DNA from: Mayamaea pseudoterrestris
Lineage: Eukaryota
Direction: 5' to 3'
Assembly: GCA_027923505.1 (NCBI GenBank)
Contig: BROI01000037.1
Span: forward strand, 124,001-188,000
DNA length: 64,000 bases
Part shown: piece by piece, positions 53,657-64,000 of the stretch
Layout of the letters: every line of letters starts with the position of its first letter
Numbering within the stretch: the first letter of the stretch is position 1
Notes under the pieces: model-generated
What the model was told of the DNA's origin: nothing
The model's database searches: none
Seen by the model: only the letters and a program-made list of their open reading frames with translations
Translations under genes and position numbers: made by a program

Positions 53657-56560
53657 ATGCCTCGTAGGAGACAACGCAGCAGTAATGAGCTTTTAATTAG
53701 CTCTTATAATCGCCCTCGTCGAGGAGAAGCTGCAGCAGCAAGCAGCCTTGAGGATACCGATGACGATGATGATTCACACGTCTCTGACGCCGCAGCGTCA
53801 CCTGCCAACGTTGCGTTTGCTTGTCCGCACTGCAGCAAAACGTTCAAGCAGGAGCATGGTCTCAATTATCATGTTTCCAATTTTGTATGTCGGGGTGAAT
53901 TGAAACCAAAATCCGCATCCTTGACAAAGCAACGAAAGCTTTCTGCGAAGAAAAAATTAGAAAGCGACAATAACAACGAGGACGAAGCTAGCAATGACGA
54001 GCAACAAGTGGGCGGTTCGGACAATGAGAGCTCTAGCGACAAGGAAAGTTCCGACGAAAGCAATCGCAAGCGACCCGCGCGCAAGACTCGTGCTCGTGCG
54101 GTGGTTAGGAAGCGAACCAAAATTGTCAGGACATATCGCGAGGATGAATCAAGTGATTCCATTAGTGATAACGAGGCGGGAGATGATGACGAAGACGAAA
54201 ATGTGTTGTCAGTCAAGAAGGAGGTGGTTGAGGCAAGCAATACTGATAATGATGATGTCAATGGAGACGTCGACTCGGATTCGCTCCCATCCACAAGTAA
54301 GCGCAGACGTACCCCCGCCAAAGTGTCGTCACAGATTAATCTCCCCGACGACTTAAAATGTCCCCATTGCTCCAAAACCTTCAAGGTTGCCACTGGATAT
54401 CTATATCACGTTAACAACTTTGTTTGTCGCCAAGAACTGCGACCAGGTGGGCCTGTTCGCAAGGGCAAGCGCAAGGCGTCCGAACTTGCTAGCAATGACA
54501 GCAGCAGCAAATCGGATTTTAAAAGGATCCGCGGCAACCTAAGTTCTCGCACATGTCCAAAGTGCAAGCGGGTCTTTACAAGCACGCTGGGGTGCAAGTA
54601 TCATGTTGAAAAGAATGTGTGCACATCTACTGCGCGCAAAGCTGCTAGCAACGCCAACAATATTCCCCTCTCAACCCTGCAGCCTGGTCTCTTTTTTGTC
54701 ACCAAGTATGGAGTTGTAAAGGTGGTGGCTGACAATCGAGCTGTTCCGACTGCTGTCTACAGCAAGGATTATAAGCAAGAGTCCAAGAAATATTCGAATA
54801 CTCGAGCACAGTATGAAAAGCGTTTGCAGAATTTAAAATTAGCGAATACGATCCAGCATTTGGCAAAGCGAGCGAAGCTGACGGAACTGTACACAGCCCG
54901 AGAAGTGACACAGGAAGCTGTGTTCGAGACCAGCATTGGAGTAAAACATCCGATGATTTTCAAAAATAGCGGTGATTACCCACCGGCGATGGTTGTTCCT
55001 TCACGTCCACCAAATCCGTCGGAGCCGGAGGGTAGCTTTCCGGATCGGATTGTCGAGTGCGTCGTCATTCCTGATACTCGCACTCGTTTTCATGGTGACG
55101 ATGATGAGGATCTAATCCATGTGCATCCGTCGGGAAACGTTGGATGCAAAATGTTTCTGCAGCGGCGGTTACTAAACACTCCATTTAATGAGAATCAGTC
55201 TCTATTTTGCTGCCATCATTGCGGTCAAGAGTTTGCCTCCAAACCTGGAGCTAAGTATCATCTGCAGTCGGAAGTGTGCATCATTAAATCTAGGAATGCC
55301 GCGGAATCATTTAAGCATACAATGGAGTCTCTTGTCGATTCGCAAATGTGCACTGATTCTGACGAGTCCAATTCGGTTGGTCATCGAACAGCTAAGCTAG
55401 CATTAGCTTTTCCTAACATGCGCGCTTCCGGTTCAATGTTGCGTGACGCACCTGCGCCGACTCGAATTTTTACACGCAAGAAGGAGAAGTTGATCACAAA
55501 CGTATCCGTATATCCGCAAGTATATTTGGCCTTGGGCTTTCGCTTTTTGGCGCGCTCAGCTGTACCGGTCAAGCAGAGCACAATTAGCGCGTTCAAGAAA
55601 CGCACCAAGCCTCGCAAGGCAGAGCAAATCTCTGTCGATGAAGATGCAGATGATGATGTGATGGCTACTGTAGTTCTCTCAAGTGATGTACCACCTGTTG
55701 GGGCAAAGCGTTCGAAATCAAATTTGCGGAAGCCGACACCGGAAGAAGCAATGAACCCGAGGCTTGTTTTGGCTGATTTGGAGAAGCAGCTGATGTTCGA
55801 ACAAGCAAAACAGCTTGGGTCCGTATATGAATTTGTTTTCAAGTCACTCAAATTTAAAAAAGAGAAAGTAAAGCGGCGCAAGAGAGGTCGAAAAAAGGAG
55901 GCAGCCAACTTCCATGAGACGTTGAATGTCCCTCCAAAGACTGGATCGGATGAGACGCCACAATTGTCCAAGGCAAAGCCAGCCGGGTCTCTCAAGGCAA
56001 TCCAAGCGCCCCACAATCATCGCTTGCTTTCAATCGACACTGGCGTACTCGCTGTGGAAGTCGACGCAGGGAGATACCCAAGCATGAAGCGCAACAAGCC
56101 AGATCAAGAACACCATACGAGTTGCTATTTATGCAAGTCCAACGCCGAAGTTGCCCCCTTGATGGAATGTCAGTTTTGCGCTCGCAGTGTACATTGGGAA
56201 TGTATGCTCTCGCGCTACATTGTACAGGAGCCGGATACTGATTTCATGTGCAGCGAGTGCATTAACTACATTCACCATCGTCGAAAACGAGCTGAAAAAC
56301 GTAAACTCGAGAAGCTGGGACTTTTGGAGCAAGCGGAAGAAATGAGTGATCCTGCGCTATTGACAAGCGTTGTTCCTGGGCGCGAGTACGATTGTCTGCT
56401 AGCACAGGGACATCGAGTGGCAGAGCTGAGTGAACTGCTGGAGGATACGCGGAGACGCTTGTCGCAAACATTGAGCGTTGCGCAGTTGGATGAGATGAGG
56501 TTTGCGTCAATTGAATCCGCAGAGCGCGAAGCTCAAATTGTACCGATGGCGTGGGATTAG
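53657..56560 (+). CDS. Multi-C2H2/C2HC zinc finger plus PHD finger nuclear protein
   Basis: CPHCSKTF....GLNYH....VC and three similar fingers; C-terminal PHD CYLC...LMECQFCARSVHWECM...FMCSEC; acidic and NLS-like tracts. Confidence 0.85.
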   Translation: MPRRRQRSSNELLISSYNRPRRGEAAAASSLEDTDDDDDSHVSDAAASPANVAFACPHCSKTFKQEHGLNYHVSNFVCRGELKPKSASLTKQRKLSAKKKLESDNNNEDEASNDEQQVGGSDNESSSDKESSDESNRKRPARKTRARAVVRKRTKIVRTYREDESSDSISDNEAGDDDEDENVLSVKKEVVEASNTDNDDVNGDVDSDSLPSTSKRRRTPAKVSSQINLPDDLKCPHCSKTFKVATGYLYHVNNFVCRQELRPGGPVRKGKRKASELASNDSSSKSDFKRIRGNLSSRTCPKCKRVFTSTLGCKYHVEKNVCTSTARKAASNANNIPLSTLQPGLFFVTKYGVVKVVADNRAVPTAVYSKDYKQESKKYSNTRAQYEKRLQNLKLANTIQHLAKRAKLTELYTAREVTQEAVFETSIGVKHPMIFKNSGDYPPAMVVPSRPPNPSEPEGSFPDRIVECVVIPDTRTRFHGDDDEDLIHVHPSGNVGCKMFLQRRLLNTPFNENQSLFCCHHCGQEFASKPGAKYHLQSEVCIIKSRNAAESFKHTMESLVDSQMCTDSDESNSVGHRTAKLALAFPNMRASGSMLRDAPAPTRIFTRKKEKLITNVSVYPQVYLALGFRFLARSAVPVKQSTISAFKKRTKPRKAEQISVDEDADDDVMATVVLSSDVPPVGAKRSKSNLRKPTPEEAMNPRLVLADLEKQLMFEQAKQLGSVYEFVFKSLKFKKEKVKRRKRGRKKEAANFHETLNVPPKTGSDETPQLSKAKPAGSLKAIQAPHNHRLLSIDTGVLAVEVDAGRYPSMKRNKPDQEHHTSCYLCKSNAEVAPLMECQFCARSVHWECMLSRYIVQEPDTDFMCSECINYIHHRRKRAEKRKLEKLGLLEQAEEMSDPALLTSVVPGREYDCLLAQGHRVAELSELLEDTRRRLSQTLSVAQLDEMRFASIESAEREAQIVPMAWD

Positions 56561-56680
56561 TAATTAAAAAATGTATGTTTTGCAGTATGTTCTACCCAGG
56601 AGAACAATTTTTTTTAAGAAAGTATAGTGGACTATAATATTTTGCCGCACTAAAGCACTATACGGCACCTCGCATTCCAC

Positions 56681-57679
56681 TCACGAATCTCGATACTCGG
56701 GCAGCAGCCGCACCAAACTTGCATTGTCCTCAAAGGCTTCCGCCATGCACAAGTCGAGAAGAAATTCAACGTGGCGCGGATGATGCCAAGGTCCATCGGT
56801 GATGTCACTTGGTGCTTTAACACCAGCAGAGTCATTCGCCAAGTTGCTCGAGTCATCAATGTTTAGTAAACGAACCTGCAGATACTGATCCTCCTCCTTG
56901 TCGTGAGTCGCTAAACGATGAATCAACTCCAATACCAACTCGTGGAACGGCACAATGCTAGGTGAAAATGCGTCATGCTCGGGAGAGTCAAGATGTTGTC
57001 GCAGCAACCGTTCGTTAAACGTTGGAGCTGGAGGCGGGGGATTGAGCTGGTGCTTGTCAATGACACTGCAGATATGAATCAGATCATTTCGAAGTTGTTC
57101 GTGCTCTACAGCATGCGCGTTTGGACCGTCAATCAATGGCTCCTTCAACGTTTCTTCCTCCTGCTCGACACGCGACGCTTCCAGCTGCTCCTTTAGCTCT
57201 TGGAGTTCCTGCAGTTGGTATTCCAAACGATGCAGTCGTTTCATCTCTCGCTCAAGTTCCTTGACAGTCAGTTCGCTGGTTTCCAGCGAATCATGATAGC
57301 TATGCACCAGCTCGCGATCAAGCTCCCGCATAATCTCGTCGTCAACGCAATTGGCACTTTGATGACTAGATTGTGATTGCTGCAGCAGCTTTTGACGCAT
57401 TCTTTCAATGCCAATCTTCCATTCGCTGTGAGGAGACGTTTGCATCAAGTGTGCTTCCGCTTGAAACATGCAATTGAGAAAAGAGTTATCAAAGCTACTC
57501 TGAGCTTCATTTACTTCATTTGATTGACATGACATTGGCGCATTAGAAGTCGTTGCAGTGTTCGACAGAAGAAGCGACTGCAAGTGCTTCCATCGCCGGT
57601 CATTTTCAGCGACTAGATTTATTAGCTCTTTCCTTTGATTCTCCTCTTTCGTTCTGCTGCTCTCGTGCTGATTGATCAT
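56681..57679 (-). CDS. Coiled-coil protein with CENP-K-like C-terminus
   Basis: Long coiled coil; C-terminus ELVLELIHRL...DQYLQV...WHHPRHVEFLLDLCMAEAFEDNASLVRLL resembles the CENP-K head (L..L......PY......wP.YVE.LLR..IA..HP.D...IRL). Confidence 0.55.
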   Translation of the reverse strand: MINQHESSRTKEENQRKELINLVAENDRRWKHLQSLLLSNTATTSNAPMSCQSNEVNEAQSSFDNSFLNCMFQAEAHLMQTSPHSEWKIGIERMRQKLLQQSQSSHQSANCVDDEIMRELDRELVHSYHDSLETSELTVKELEREMKRLHRLEYQLQELQELKEQLEASRVEQEEETLKEPLIDGPNAHAVEHEQLRNDLIHICSVIDKHQLNPPPPAPTFNERLLRQHLDSPEHDAFSPSIVPFHELVLELIHRLATHDKEEDQYLQVRLLNIDDSSNLANDSAGVKAPSDITDGPWHHPRHVEFLLDLCMAEAFEDNASLVRLLPEYRDS

Positions 57680-57882
57680 AATGATATGAATGTAGAGTTG
57701 GATCTTTCTTTGTGCATGATCGCTTCGATTTTGACGGTGATGGGCCTTCAAAGTATGTCGCAGCGGTTTTGATGCAAACTCCCATGCATTCGTGTGTGCC
57801 ACGTGGCCCCAGAACACGAACACGTTTTATCTCCGACCACCAACAAAATTGGCAGTCCCAGTCTCACATTATCATTTTGACC

Positions 57883-59706
57883 ATGGCCACCGCCATTGCC
57901 CTACCCCCGTCGCAAAATGTGCAGTCAATCGACTCGTACGAACAACAAGAAGAAGAAGATTGCGAGAGTTTGGAGACAGACGTAATCGTTGGGGCTGATG
58001 AGAATAACGAAGAAATGATGGAATCGATCGAAAGCAGCACCTCTTTTGCTGCTGCTGCTGCTGACACCACCACTACTACATCTATGGAGGACGCTGCTTC
58101 AGACGTTGCAATGTTGGACTCCGCGAACGATGACGCAAAAATCACAAAATTGACTGATTCCTACGCTGGCATTGAAAATTTGGGCAATACCTGCTACATG
58201 GCAGCCTCCCTCCAGTTGCTCGCCAGTCTGCAAGACTCGTTCGTCGAAGGCGTTCGTCAAACACAACGAGACAACGAATCGAATGGCGGCAGCAGCAAAC
58301 TACTGCATAGCTTCGTCAGTGTCATGGATCGCTTAAAGCAGGAAACGACGGTTCATATTGACGAATTCAAAGCCATGGTCGACGAGCAGTCGCCCCTCTT
58401 TTGTGGCTACGACCAACAGGATGCGCACGAGTTCATTACGACCCTGCTGGATTTGATTGACAATGAATGCAAAACGAAGATAACCACAAAAGAAACTGAA
58501 GCAGATAAGCAAATTGTTATGTCCGAACAAAAAGTGCAAGCCATTGTCGAACCAATGGACGAGGAACCAGATGAACAAAATGACATGCACTCGGTCAATG
58601 ACGTTGCAAATTTGTTACTGTCGAGCGATTGGTCGGACGAATCAGCCACGAAACGTTTGCGGACCGAAAAAGCGGAGGAAGTGGAGTTGGCGCAAAAAGA
58701 TGAAACGTACTGCAGCCCGTTTCCGCGGGTTCCTTCCGTCCCGTTTTCGTCACTCGATAATGATGGGATTAGTCAATTGATTTACGGGACGGCACAACAA
58801 GACTTTTTGGCAGCTTCCTTACACAATCAGACTCCTTCTTCGACACCAGCAAGTCCGCAGCAACCAAGATGCAAGCTTGTGGGAGGGCGCATGAATACCG
58901 AGGGTGTCGTGTGGAAGCCGTTGCATGCGGATGCTTCCGACCATTGCGACCAATCGTCGGATACGCCGAACCGAGTACAGCATGCGCTTCAGCACAACAT
59001 GGAGGAGCAACACCATGACACCCGCAGCTCTCAGACTGACACTACCACCACTACTGACGCAACATCTACAGCTGCATCGCCTGTCGATGACAACTTCGTC
59101 ATGACTTGTCGCATTCAGCTAACTTGCGACTCGTGCAAGTACACGCGCTTGCACAATGAAACGTACTCGCACTTGTCGCTTGAGATTGGTTGTGAAGGTA
59201 GCAGCATTGAGGACGGACTCCGCCGCTTCTTTGCGCCCGAAAAGCTCGAGTGCAAATGCGAAAAGTGCTTCGCCGACAGTGCCACGCGGAGCCTCGTGGC
59301 GACGACACTACCGAAATGCCTGCTGTTGCACTTGAAGCGATTCATTGTGGAAGTCAATCACGACTATTCATCTATATCATACCGGAAGAACCGATCAAAC
59401 GTTGCTTTTGAGGATGCACTGTCCTTTCAAGATGATTCCTTTCTGAGCGAGTACCTCGACGATAATTGCGACGGCGTCGATGAGGCACAATTATCTACAG
59501 AGTACAAGCTACGCAGCGTGATTAATCACATTGGATCGTCGGCTAGTTGCGGTCACTATACGGCTGATTGCAAGAGACTGGACCGGCACGCCGGAGATCT
59601 TGCCTGGTACCGGTTTAATGACGACCATGTCCGTGGCATATCGTCCACGACGGCCTTGGAGGAATCGCAGAGAACAGCCTATTTGCTACTGTATGAAACA
59701 GCATAA
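57883..59706 (+). CDS. Ubiquitin-specific protease (peptidase C19)
   Basis: GIENLGNTCYM (Cys box), QQDAHEF, CDSC/CEKC, LLLHLKRF, YKLRSVINHIGSSASCGHY, WYRFNDD. Confidence 0.95.
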   Translation: MATAIALPPSQNVQSIDSYEQQEEEDCESLETDVIVGADENNEEMMESIESSTSFAAAAADTTTTTSMEDAASDVAMLDSANDDAKITKLTDSYAGIENLGNTCYMAASLQLLASLQDSFVEGVRQTQRDNESNGGSSKLLHSFVSVMDRLKQETTVHIDEFKAMVDEQSPLFCGYDQQDAHEFITTLLDLIDNECKTKITTKETEADKQIVMSEQKVQAIVEPMDEEPDEQNDMHSVNDVANLLLSSDWSDESATKRLRTEKAEEVELAQKDETYCSPFPRVPSVPFSSLDNDGISQLIYGTAQQDFLAASLHNQTPSSTPASPQQPRCKLVGGRMNTEGVVWKPLHADASDHCDQSSDTPNRVQHALQHNMEEQHHDTRSSQTDTTTTTDATSTAASPVDDNFVMTCRIQLTCDSCKYTRLHNETYSHLSLEIGCEGSSIEDGLRRFFAPEKLECKCEKCFADSATRSLVATTLPKCLLLHLKRFIVEVNHDYSSISYRKNRSNVAFEDALSFQDDSFLSEYLDDNCDGVDEAQLSTEYKLRSVINHIGSSASCGHYTADCKRLDRHAGDLAWYRFNDDHVRGISSTTALEESQRTAYLLLYETA

Positions 59707-59975
59707 ATAACATAGTCGTCTTAGTTATAATAAAGTCAAAGCAAAAGCGGGATGACCGGGTTGCGACTGCGACTTTTACATATGTACCGATAACGTGCTT
59801 GCGCCGGGATGTACCCTTAGCGGTTAGTAATGCGGCTACGTCTACTTCCTTATTTCTGCAGCAGCATTCGCCTCTGCACTAGATAACTTGGTATAGATGC
59901 TAATTGTGTTATATGGCTGTCTCGAGAAGTCTTGTCTACCTACTGTAGGCGTCGCGGCAGCAAATCAGAGTCGCA

Positions 59976-61817
59976 ATGGTGTCGCATGGTGTCGCACCAC
60001 AACCCACCCCGCGCCAGCAACCAAGCAAATCCACAAACAAAAACAAGAATCGGATCGCAACTGCAACAACCACCATGTCGACTGCAACTTCCTTTTCGTT
60101 TGGAGATTTTGTCCAGATTGCTCATGACTGCACTCATTCCCAAGCTGGACAGCGAGGTTACGTGGCGAACGAGCCGCGACGCGACGGAAGCATCGAAGTG
60201 TACGTGGACTCCTACCAAGGCAGTATTCCGACGCTGAAACCGTTGGCTTGCCACAAGGTTCCAATCAATCTGCTAAACCTTATTCGGAAATCGGATGATT
60301 CAGTACTTGTACGAGTTTGTGATTATGCTTCCGGCGAGTTTCCTCGCCTCGGCGTGGTTTCGTCCGACCCGGTAACGCGTGCAAGTGGAGGCAGCGACGA
60401 ATCACCTTACGACAAGTTGCCGCGACCTCCAGCCCAAGACTTGCCGGGACCTCACTCTGGAGACTGCAGATTCAACAATCAAAGGACGGAGACCATCTAT
60501 TGTCAAATTTACGCAGGAAAGTTTGTCTTGGAAGTCTCGCACACGTTCATCAATTTGACAAGCAACTATCAAATCAACGCCAGGCTTGCAGCCAAGGGCA
60601 CACCAAACTACTGCTTCATAGTCAGTGTTGAGTCCGACGAAGACCATCCAAAGGCCGAAAACGGCTTGCTAAAGGTCGGCATGCTGCTCTTTTACACCGA
60701 TCCAAACAATATCGGAATGGCCGGCGCCTCCTTTCAGTGGCTGGAGGAATTTTTTCTCACGGACGACCAGCAGCATCACTTGGCGTGGCGCGTGTTGCAT
60801 CTCTATCTGCGAGTCTTTGGAAATGATAACGTAGGATTGCGTAGCATGACGACCCAGTTTCTCAAGGTCGTGGACGTTTGTCGAGGCAATGGATGGTGGA
60901 AGGAAATGTTGGATGCATCGATATTGTGGTCGGACTATGTGCAGCATACGAGGCAGCCTGATGAATGTCAAGTTCAGTACTTTGGTAAGATTTGTGAAGC
61001 TTTGCAGATGAACAATCGTTTTCGGGAGGCGGCGGAACTATACGGGCAGCTAGCTAGTGATTATGGCAGCAAACTAGCCGACAAACGACAGCTTGTTGAA
61101 GCGTACATGAACCAAGGCGGCTCGTACAAGCGATGCGCCAATTTCGATGATGCTGAAGTTGCCTTGTTGAATGGATTTCGGGCACTCTTCACGTCATTTA
61201 ACCTTAACAACGCATTCACCCTCAGTCCTGCGGTGAACATCACTTTCTACGGCTTGCTGGCGCGGCATATATCCGAGTGCTACCAGTTTCGACTTGACAA
61301 TCCGGATAACTCTGAAGTAGCATTTGCGAATGAAACTTTGGTTTTGTTGCTAAGCATGTCGCAACTTGCAGGCTGTTCGATTCCGGCTTTGGACCGAGTT
61401 CCGGCAGACAAGATTGTCAAGAGTCAATTCAACGCCAAGGGAGCGGCGCGAAAGGCACTCGCGGCAGCTTTCAAGACGGACACTGTCGATGAATTTTACC
61501 AAGTACTTCGTAGTTGGAAACAGCCTGGCGCGTCTGTAGAAGTGACGGCTACAAACAAATTTAAGCAGGGTCGGGATTACACGACGGCCAAGGGCATTAA
61601 GCATGGTTCACGTGACGAGATCCGAGCCGGCGTTCGCACGGACTCCTGCTTGCCGAAGCGAAAGTGCTACTATCCAAACTGTCCGGAGGGTTACATGGCC
61701 GTGGAAAAATTGAGTCAATGCTCCAAGTGCAAAATAGCCCAGTACTGTTCGCGCGATTGTCAAGCTGCGCACTGGAAGGAGCACAAGCTATTGTGCACGG
61801 CGGCACGGCAAGGATGA
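59976..61817 (+). CDS. MYND zinc finger protein with TPR-like helices
   Basis: C-terminal CYYPNC...LSQCSKCKIAQYCSRDCQAAHWKEHKLLC; start may be 60075. Confidence 0.85.
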   Translation: MVSHGVAPQPTPRQQPSKSTNKNKNRIATATTTMSTATSFSFGDFVQIAHDCTHSQAGQRGYVANEPRRDGSIEVYVDSYQGSIPTLKPLACHKVPINLLNLIRKSDDSVLVRVCDYASGEFPRLGVVSSDPVTRASGGSDESPYDKLPRPPAQDLPGPHSGDCRFNNQRTETIYCQIYAGKFVLEVSHTFINLTSNYQINARLAAKGTPNYCFIVSVESDEDHPKAENGLLKVGMLLFYTDPNNIGMAGASFQWLEEFFLTDDQQHHLAWRVLHLYLRVFGNDNVGLRSMTTQFLKVVDVCRGNGWWKEMLDASILWSDYVQHTRQPDECQVQYFGKICEALQMNNRFREAAELYGQLASDYGSKLADKRQLVEAYMNQGGSYKRCANFDDAEVALLNGFRALFTSFNLNNAFTLSPAVNITFYGLLARHISECYQFRLDNPDNSEVAFANETLVLLLSMSQLAGCSIPALDRVPADKIVKSQFNAKGAARKALAAAFKTDTVDEFYQVLRSWKQPGASVEVTATNKFKQGRDYTTAKGIKHGSRDEIRAGVRTDSCLPKRKCYYPNCPEGYMAVEKLSQCSKCKIAQYCSRDCQAAHWKEHKLLCTAARQG

Positions 61818-61959
61818 GCAAACGAGAGATAGTCAATTAACATCATTAGTAGCGTGTTGGATACCAAACACCCGGTATTCATGCAGCTTTCCCTAGTAGT
61901 TTCCGTAGCAGAAGGCTTCACACTTTCAGCTGCTCCTGAGATATGGAATAAAATGTACT

Positions 61960-63096
61960 TTATCTATCGTTGCCGCAGTCATATAAACTATTGAGTCGCT
62001 GTAGCACGCCACCAAACATGTTCTCATCTAGTTCATGCACAAGATGTAACAAGGAGTCTCGGGTTGTTGGGTCGTGACTGCTCGCATGTCCTCCTGCATT
62101 GACTTCCGGTTGCTGAGGAATTGTATAATACTCGTGACCACCTGGATATAAAAAGTCCATCGTTTGTCCAAATATATTGAGCTGTTTACTGGCGTTGGTG
62201 ATGTCCTCAAAGCAGACTAATAGCGTTCTGTCCACGGGGTCCACCTGTCTGCGTTGCTCCAATTCCACGAGATATCCCTCAATGGATAAGTAATACGCTC
62301 GCAAGGCCACGTGGATGTAGACGCGCATGCCCACATCCGCGTCTTCATCTGCTAAATAGTGACACATTGATCGATTAAGGCCAGGCGGATAGGCAAATTG
62401 AATATCACGTGTGTACCTTTCCCAATCCATGTTTCGTTGACGCTTCTCTGGCACGGGTTCGCCGTAGGCGCTGAGCCAACACTCATGTCCCGACTGGTGA
62501 TACAAGTAGCCGGATACAATAGCATCAAACATGTTGCGGAGAAGGACAACTTGCCGGTAGTCCTTTAGTGATGTACTGTTTGCCTTGGGCATCCTTTTAG
62601 GAGTGATATGAGTGCTCGTAATATTTGGGGCAAAGGAACCGTAAAGCTTTTCGGACAAGATAAACCCGAATTTGTGGTTACGTCTGGGATTGTGAAGCAG
62701 TTTGAATGAGGCTCAATAGCTTCCTTTTTAGTACATGGATCTGGCAATTGGCACTTACAAAATTTGGCGTTGGCAGCAATTTCGATCCATGTGAAAGCAG
62801 GAACAATTCTCGTCTATTACCATTACCAATGGAGCCAGCTCCTCACTATGACTCTCTACAAATATATCTCGGTTAGTATTTAGAAGGACTATCAGCGTGA
62901 CAGCCGTCGTTCCAAAAAATAACAACCATGACAAAGAGGTGCGTGGCTGAAACATTGAATTTTGAAAAATTGGAATTGTTTGCTGGGAATGCTCATCACT
63001 TGATTCACAGTCAAGTAAACAATGCTCATCCAAGCCTTCATTGTCATCAGTATTATCAAAAATTTGCTCGTCTGCATAGAGTTCTTTCATTGCCAT
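61960..63096 (-). CDS. Type II membrane sulfotransferase-like protein; intron ~62684-62758
   Basis: TM in exon 1; GTAAGT...CCCAG splice gives QIL-RNHKFG (PAPS 5'-loop-like); VVLLRNMFDAIVSGYLYH (3'-PB-like); LLVCFEDI; GHASS. Confidence 0.55.
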
Positions 63097-63470
63097 GTTA
63101 AGTTTAATTTTTTTCCAGTCTCATCCACACCATCATCACGAGTCGCAGTCTCTGTTGCCGATACCGGTAAGGATTTGGCGACTGATGACATGCGTTGGTA
63201 AAAGCGCTACCGGCGCGCTTTCAAACGCCTTCAACGGTTTGAACGTTTTGTTGCAGGTATGAAAAAAAATGTCTATTCACGACAAAGTACTATAGCCCGT
63301 AAATATATCAGTCGTGCGCAACGCGGCGGACAGACTTGTTCTGCGAAACAACCATCCGACCGAACCATGAGCAACTTCGTATGCGTCATTTGCAGCAAGA
63401 TCAGCGGAAGAGCATCAAAAGCTTTAGAGACGATAGTAGATCTCTAAACATATAAAAATCTTGTGAAAGA

Positions 63471-64000
63471 ATGGAAGCAAGAACACGAACGCCAATCGGG
63501 CCTCTCATCGTCAAATCTGCCTCCATGATCGTCGCAGCTGGGTGCGCTTGGTACTTCTACCAACGTAAAGGTTCCATTTGCTACAACCAGTCGCGCCAAA
63601 GGCGCAAACAAAATCATCAAGAAGATTCCATCACGTCGGCTTACGAATCACTGATTGGAGACACGCCCATGATTGAGCTGCAGCACTTGTCGCGCTTGCT
63701 CAAGCGACGAATATTCGTCAAACTGGAACACTTGAATCCAGGAGGGACGGGCAAGGATCGAGCCGCCCGCAGCATGATTTTGGCAGCGGAACGACAAGGT
63801 GCCTTGCCGGTATATGAAGCGAGTCATGAACTGGACGATGTGTCTGGCACGAGGTTTTGCATATCAACAACTGTGACGAGCACGGCAGCGCGTTGTAATC
63901 CATTGCAAGGCGACAATCAACCTGAAACGAGTAATGTAATAAATGCGTCTATCAGTATTAAAGATGCTTCATCAGTTTTCATGGACAAAACTATGGACGC
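63471..64000 (+). CDS. Cysteine synthase-like PLP enzyme with N-terminal TM (runs off window end)
   Basis: Own translation from ATG 63471: ...YESLIGDTPMIELQHLSRLLKRRIFVKLEHLNPGGTGKDRAARSMILAAERQGAL. Confidence 0.85.
   Translation, partial: MEARTRTPIGPLIVKSASMIVAAGCAWYFYQRKGSICYNQSRQRRKQNHQEDSITSAYESLIGDTPMIELQHLSRLLKRRIFVKLEHLNPGGTGKDRAARSMILAAERQGALPVYEASHELDDVSGTRFCISTTVTSTAARCNPLQGDNQPETSNVINASISIKDASSVFMDKTMD

Noticed and set aside
53869..56016. Long antisense ORFs (174 aa, 211 aa) and similar shadow ORFs elsewhere
   Set aside because: Antisense shadows of real genes in ~50% GC coding DNA.

Overview
Gene-dense eukaryotic nuclear DNA, very probably from a diatom. The evidence is short GT-AG introns, bipartite plastid presequences of the ASAFAP type (for example 'CSA-FAP' on coproporphyrinogen oxidase), a topoisomerase VI B gene and a diatom-type (CoDi-like) Ty1/copia element. 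About 30 protein genes are supported, including cyclin Y-like, two GMC oxidoreductases, SLC35F, TBC1D20-like, SNF5-like, spondin, CER1/CER3-like, AFG1, TOP6B, Iwr1-like, Zn-ADH, EndoG, CPOX, CENP-K-like, USP, MYND and cysteine-synthase-like. Mobile and repeat DNA comprises a 1.3-kb PIF/Harbinger-type non-autonomous element (TIRs plus TAA TSD) and a composite locus at 43.4-50.5 kb. That locus has a duplicated gene flanking a hairpin-ended 629-bp tandem repeat and a truncated copia element. Most notable: (i) a single-chain CER1/3-type candidate alkane-forming enzyme that retains both the His boxes and the reductase motifs, near atypical alcohol oxidoreductases; (ii) a copia gag-UAG-pol junction in one frame, followed by a long stem-loop (candidate programmed stop-codon readthrough), with a non-canonical PBS; (iii) a membrane protein carrying a toxin-like HNH zinc module, an Iwr1-ankyrin hybrid and a divergent CENP-K. 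All family assignments come from motif recognition by eye; no database searches were run.
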